Source of the DNA: an uncultured Clostridia bacterium
GTDB lineage: Bacteria; Bacillota; Clostridia; TANB77; CAG-465
NCBI GenBank assembly: GCA_944388585.1
Contig: CALXJI010000005.1
Location: 96,012-160,011, forward strand
DNA: 64,000 bases
Reading direction: 5' to 3'
The notes beneath the pieces were generated by a model. That model was not told where the DNA came from. It was given only the letters and a program-made list of their open reading frames with translations, and ran no database searches. Shown here piece after piece: positions 62,087-64,000 of this stretch (within the stretch, counting starts at the first letter, position 1; each line of letters begins with the position of its first letter). A program made the position numbers and the translations under genes.

Positions 62087-62706
62087 TATGCGTACACCTC
62101 CTCTAATTTCTTAACAGCATCTTTAGTAACAACTAATGAATCGTATTTTAATAAATCAAAAATATTCATTGTATTAACTAAAGTAGTTTTAACACCTTCA
62201 ATGTTTCTAGCTGATGCTTGAACATTTAAGTTTTTCTCATCTAACATAACTAAAGCATTATTTACTTTTATATTATCTAATACTTTAAGCATACTTTTTG
62301 TTTTGATTTCATCTAAATTTAATTTATCTAAAACAACTAACTTTCCTTCTTGTAATTTTGAAGTTAATACAGATTTGAATGCAAGTTGTTTTACTTTTTT
62401 AGGAATTGAATATCTATAAGATCTAGGTTTAGGTCCTAATGCAATACCACCCTTGATCCATTGTGGAGCTCTTATACTTCCTTGTCTAGCTCTACCAGTT
62501 CCTTTTTGTTTCCATGGTTTTTTACCACCACCGCTTACTTCTGATCTTGTTTTAGTAGATTGAGTTCCTTGTCTTTGATTTGCTAAATAATTAACTAAAG
62601 CTGTATGAACAACAACATCGTTAACTTCTACACCAAAAACATTTTCGTTTAATTCAATATCTTCTACTTTCTTACCATCCATATTTAAAACGTCAACTTT
62701 TAGCAT
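62086..62706 (-). CDS. rplD: 50S ribosomal protein L4
   Basis: Conserved L4. Confidence 0.9.
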   Translation of the reverse strand: MLKVDVLNMDGKKVEDIELNENVFGVEVNDVVVHTALVNYLANQRQGTQSTKTRSEVSGGGKKPWKQKGTGRARQGSIRAPQWIKGGIALGPKPRSYRYSIPKKVKQLAFKSVLTSKLQEGKLVVLDKLNLDEIKTKSMLKVLDNIKVNNALVMLDEKNLNVQASARNIEGVKTTLVNTMNIFDLLKYDSLVVTKDAVKKLEEVYA

Positions 62707-62725
62707 CTTTTCTCCTCCTTCCTAA

Positions 62726-63352
62726 TTACTTTACACTTTTTCTTACTCTAACAATTGATTTTTTAGCACCTGGAATTGAACCTTTTACTAAAATAACATT
62801 TTTGTCAGTATCAACTTTTACTACATCTAGATTTAAAATTGTAGATGTTTGGCTTCCCATATGTCCTGGTAGTTTTTTACCTTTAAATACTCTACCTGGA
62901 GTTGTTGTAGAACCCATTGAACCTGGTCTTCTGTGATACATAGAACCATGTCCCATTGGTCCTCTATGTTGACCATGTCTTTTAATAACACCTTGGAATC
63001 CTTTACCTTTTGAAGTTCCTTGAACATCTACTTTATCGTTTTGTTCAAAAGCTTCTACAGTGATTTTGTTTCCAACTTCATATTCATCAACATTTTCAAC
63101 TTTAATTTCTTTTAGGTATTTTTGAACTTCAACACCTGCTTTTGCAAATATTCCTTTGTGTGGTTTGTTTGCATTTTTTTCCTTAATATCGCCAAAACTT
63201 ACTACAATAGCATTATATCCATCTTTATCTTGAGTTTTCTTAGCTACTACAGTTAATGGCATAGCTTCAATTGCTGTTACTGGTATAGCTACTCCGTTTT
63301 CTCCGAAGATTTGAGTCATACCAATTTTTTTACCGTAAATCTCTTTTACCAT
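62726..63352 (-). CDS. rplC: 50S ribosomal protein L3
   Basis: Conserved L3. Confidence 0.9.
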   Translation of the reverse strand: MVKEIYGKKIGMTQIFGENGVAIPVTAIEAMPLTVVAKKTQDKDGYNAIVVSFGDIKEKNANKPHKGIFAKAGVEVQKYLKEIKVENVDEYEVGNKITVEAFEQNDKVDVQGTSKGKGFQGVIKRHGQHRGPMGHGSMYHRRPGSMGSTTTPGRVFKGKKLPGHMGSQTSTILNLDVVKVDTDKNVILVKGSIPGAKKSIVRVRKSVK

Positions 63353-63456
63353 TTTTATTTCCTCCCTTAATTTTTACTTTACTTCAACCAAATTTTAATA
63401 TCAGGGTTTGTCATTGCCTAAGTTTTAGGATGACCTATTAAAATTTTAGAAGTATA

Positions 63457-63774
63457 TTATAATTTAACTTCGATGTCTACACCTGCTGGCATATCAATTG
63501 ACATTAGAGCATCAACTGTTGCTTGGTTTGGTGATAACACATCAATTACTCTTTTGTGAGTTCTCATTTCAAATTGTTCTCTTGAATCTTTATGTTTGTG
63601 TGGAGAACGTAATATTGTAATGATCTCTTTTTCAGTAGGTAGTGGAATTGGACCTGAAACTTCAGAACCAGTTTTTCTAGCTACTTCAACAATTTTTGAT
63701 GCTGCTTGTTCAAGCACAACATGATCATAAGCTTTAAGTCTTATTCTCATTTTTTTTGTTTGTTCTTTTGACAT
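63457..63774 (-). CDS. rpsJ: 30S ribosomal protein S10
   Basis: [10 protein letters not shown]...VDIEVKL. Confidence 0.9.
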   Translation of the reverse strand: MSKEQTKKMRIRLKAYDHVVLEQAASKIVEVARKTGSEVSGPIPLPTEKEIITILRSPHKHKDSREQFEMRTHKRVIDVLSPNQATVDALMSIDMPAGVDIEVKL

Positions 63775-64000
63775 ATGTAAAACACTCCTTTTCTATAGTT
63801 TGCCGGTTTGACAAGTTTTACACCACCCCGTGTGTTTCATATTTTACATATATTAAAACCAAATTCTACTACTGTAGCAATTTGGCAAATACACGTTAAT
63901 CTATACTTGCCGCCCGATTTAAAATCAGACATGCTCCATAGAAGTTCCCTACCTCGCTGGGTAGCCACATTCTACTTCAACGCAAATCAACATCAATATT

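Noticed and set aside
1225-63027. Many plus-strand ORFs in the supplied track lie inside minus-strand genes: 1225..1578, 2004..2210, 5274..5789, 7690..8058, 24553..24756, 27860..28114, 28366..28551, 28437..28799, 29596..29994, 32835..33074, 33175..33507, 34963..35169, 35564..36319, 37703..37981, 39154..39663, 40122..40316, 41541..41795, 44886..45116, 46275..46778, 46966..47175, 49768..49980, 52666..52854, 54393..54824, 55573..55788, 56690..56950, 57533..57991, 59834..60085. The minus-strand ORFs 12628..12855, 25793..25993, 30766..31152, 60810..61028 and 62833..63027 likewise lie inside other genes.
   Set aside because: They are antisense or out-of-frame shadows of well-supported genes such as ribosomal proteins, SecD and FtsH. 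Their translations are low-complexity and Ile/Leu/Phe/Ser-rich, typical of AT-rich DNA. None has an RBS or a recognisable motif.
1-64000. Searched for CRISPR arrays, rRNA, tRNA and IS-type transposases.
   Set aside because: No regularly spaced direct repeats with unique spacers. No tRNA-like T-loop (GTTCGAATC), acceptor stems or rRNA-like GC-rich blocks. No DDE or IS-type transposase ORFs. The only recombinases are the serine and FimB-like tyrosine recombinases inside the element.
63781-64000. Possible coding sequence (end of tuf or fusA) or a tRNA upstream of rpsJ.
   Set aside because: Stop codons in all frames and no tRNA-like structure. Treated as a structured leader or unknown ncRNA fragment at low confidence.

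Overview
AT-rich (~25% GC) chromosomal segment from a spore-forming Firmicute of class Clostridia. The window contains spo0A, an alpha/beta-type SASP gene, yqfC and yqfD. The right third (53.4-63.8 kb, minus strand) is the S10-spc ribosomal protein cluster, rpsJ through secY. The middle carries core genes: spo0A, gdpP, rplI, dnaB, tilS, ftsH, rpsB, tsf, pyrH, secDF, ybeY, dgkA, cdd, yqfCD. The most notable feature is a ~16.4-kb integrated element (about 4243-20604) that splits a D-alanyl-D-alanine carboxypeptidase gene (PBP5/Dac family) into an N-terminal fragment (20593..20862) and a C-terminal fragment (3286..4257). The element carries a large serine recombinase whose reading frame runs across the junction. 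Its cargo includes a primase-polymerase/helicase-like replication gene followed by TGTACA iterons, a short FimB/FimE-like tyrosine recombinase, XRE regulators, an excisionase-family HTH protein and a candidate HTH-WYL regulator. It also encodes HEPN-like and PD-(D/E)xK-like proteins and several unknowns. It has no recognisable phage structural genes. Its architecture resembles skin or SPbeta-type intervening elements of sporulation genes. An accessory block at 20.9-26.3 kb holds three paralogous genes, an alpha/beta hydrolase and a ferritin-like diiron protein. Tandem paralogs of unknown function lie at 50.4-52.7 kb. No rRNA, tRNA or CRISPR array was seen. Most plus-strand ORFs in the supplied track are antisense shadows of minus-strand genes.
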